A stretch of DNA of 63,979 bases, the filler included, from Octopus bimaculoides (Eukaryota), in assembly GCF_001194135.2 (NCBI RefSeq). It is 7 parts of 7 records of this genome, joined end to end, with 100 filler letters (N's around TTAATTAATTAA, not from the genome) between each part and the next. Parts side by side here need not be neighbours in the genome. Positions count along the whole stretch, not along the records: positions 61,684 to 63,979 come from NW_026350063.1; 6 more parts are not named here. The stretch is one strand, 5' to 3'. The notes under the pieces were generated by a model, which was given only the letters and a program-made list of their open reading frames with translations, was not told where the DNA came from and made no database searches. This document shows, piece after piece, positions 63,425 to 63,979 of this stretch (position 1 is the stretch's first letter; each line of letters opens with the position of its first letter). A program made the translations under genes and the position numbers.

Positions 63425-63979
63425 TGGAGTGAGGGAATGAGAAAGAGAAAGTGAGAGAAGAATTAAAACTGCTTTGGTAGATTTGTGTCCAGATTGTGGT
63501 TTAAATCTTTAAACACAGTATCCATCTTTTCGCAATTAAGCTAAAAACGAAAGAAAAGCTCCCGTAAGCAGCTTCGACTCTGGTGTTTGAGTTTCGAATT
63601 TTGTCGAGTTAAACTTTGCATTTTAGTCTTTCAAGGGGCAATAAATACTGCTCTAAGACAGGACAGCCAGTTTACAGCATCTTGCTCTGGTATTTCGTGT
63701 TCTGAAGACAGCACCTGCATTGAGACCGGTGCTATGGTGCATCTGACTTTTGCCTTTATCTTAGACAAACAACATCGCTAGCATATCGAAGAGGAGACAT
63801 GCAAATATGGACACACACACAGAGATATATTCATACATACACAGGTAAGCACATTGATAGAAAATGAGGTGGAAAAAGTAGCATTCGAATATCAAAGGTA
63901 GAGTAATGTATTTCTTAAAGCAGTGTGAACATTTTTTCAGCTTTAAAAAATCGTATATATATGTATGTATATATATATA

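Overview
Repeat-saturated, AT-rich animal genomic DNA with many assembly gaps, almost certainly from an octopus (inferred from the octopod-type tRNA-derived SINE families, RTE-tail SINEs and extreme microsatellite load). No host protein-coding gene can be established; a few weak exon candidates are flagged. Most of the window is decayed transposons: Penelope-like elements (PLEs) of two subgroups, three mariner/Tc1-superfamily subfamilies, a Helitron, a Gypsy fragment, RTE, CR1-like and R4/Dong-like LINEs, several MITE families and about 30 SINE copies. The long ORFs in the supplied track are gap- or microsatellite-driven artefacts or TE relics. The most interesting signals are RNA structures: (i) a bulge-free 45-bp pri-miRNA-like hairpin in unique sequence at 28921-29025 with a second hairpin next to it; (ii) four minimal type I hammerhead-ribozyme-like motifs at PLE termini (49-94, 40391-40455, 50663-50707, 51945-51989), two variants of which keep pairing despite sequence change; (iii) several long inverted repeats that would form dsRNA, relevant in a lineage with extensive A-to-I editing. 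All folds were paired by hand; none was computed or database-checked.
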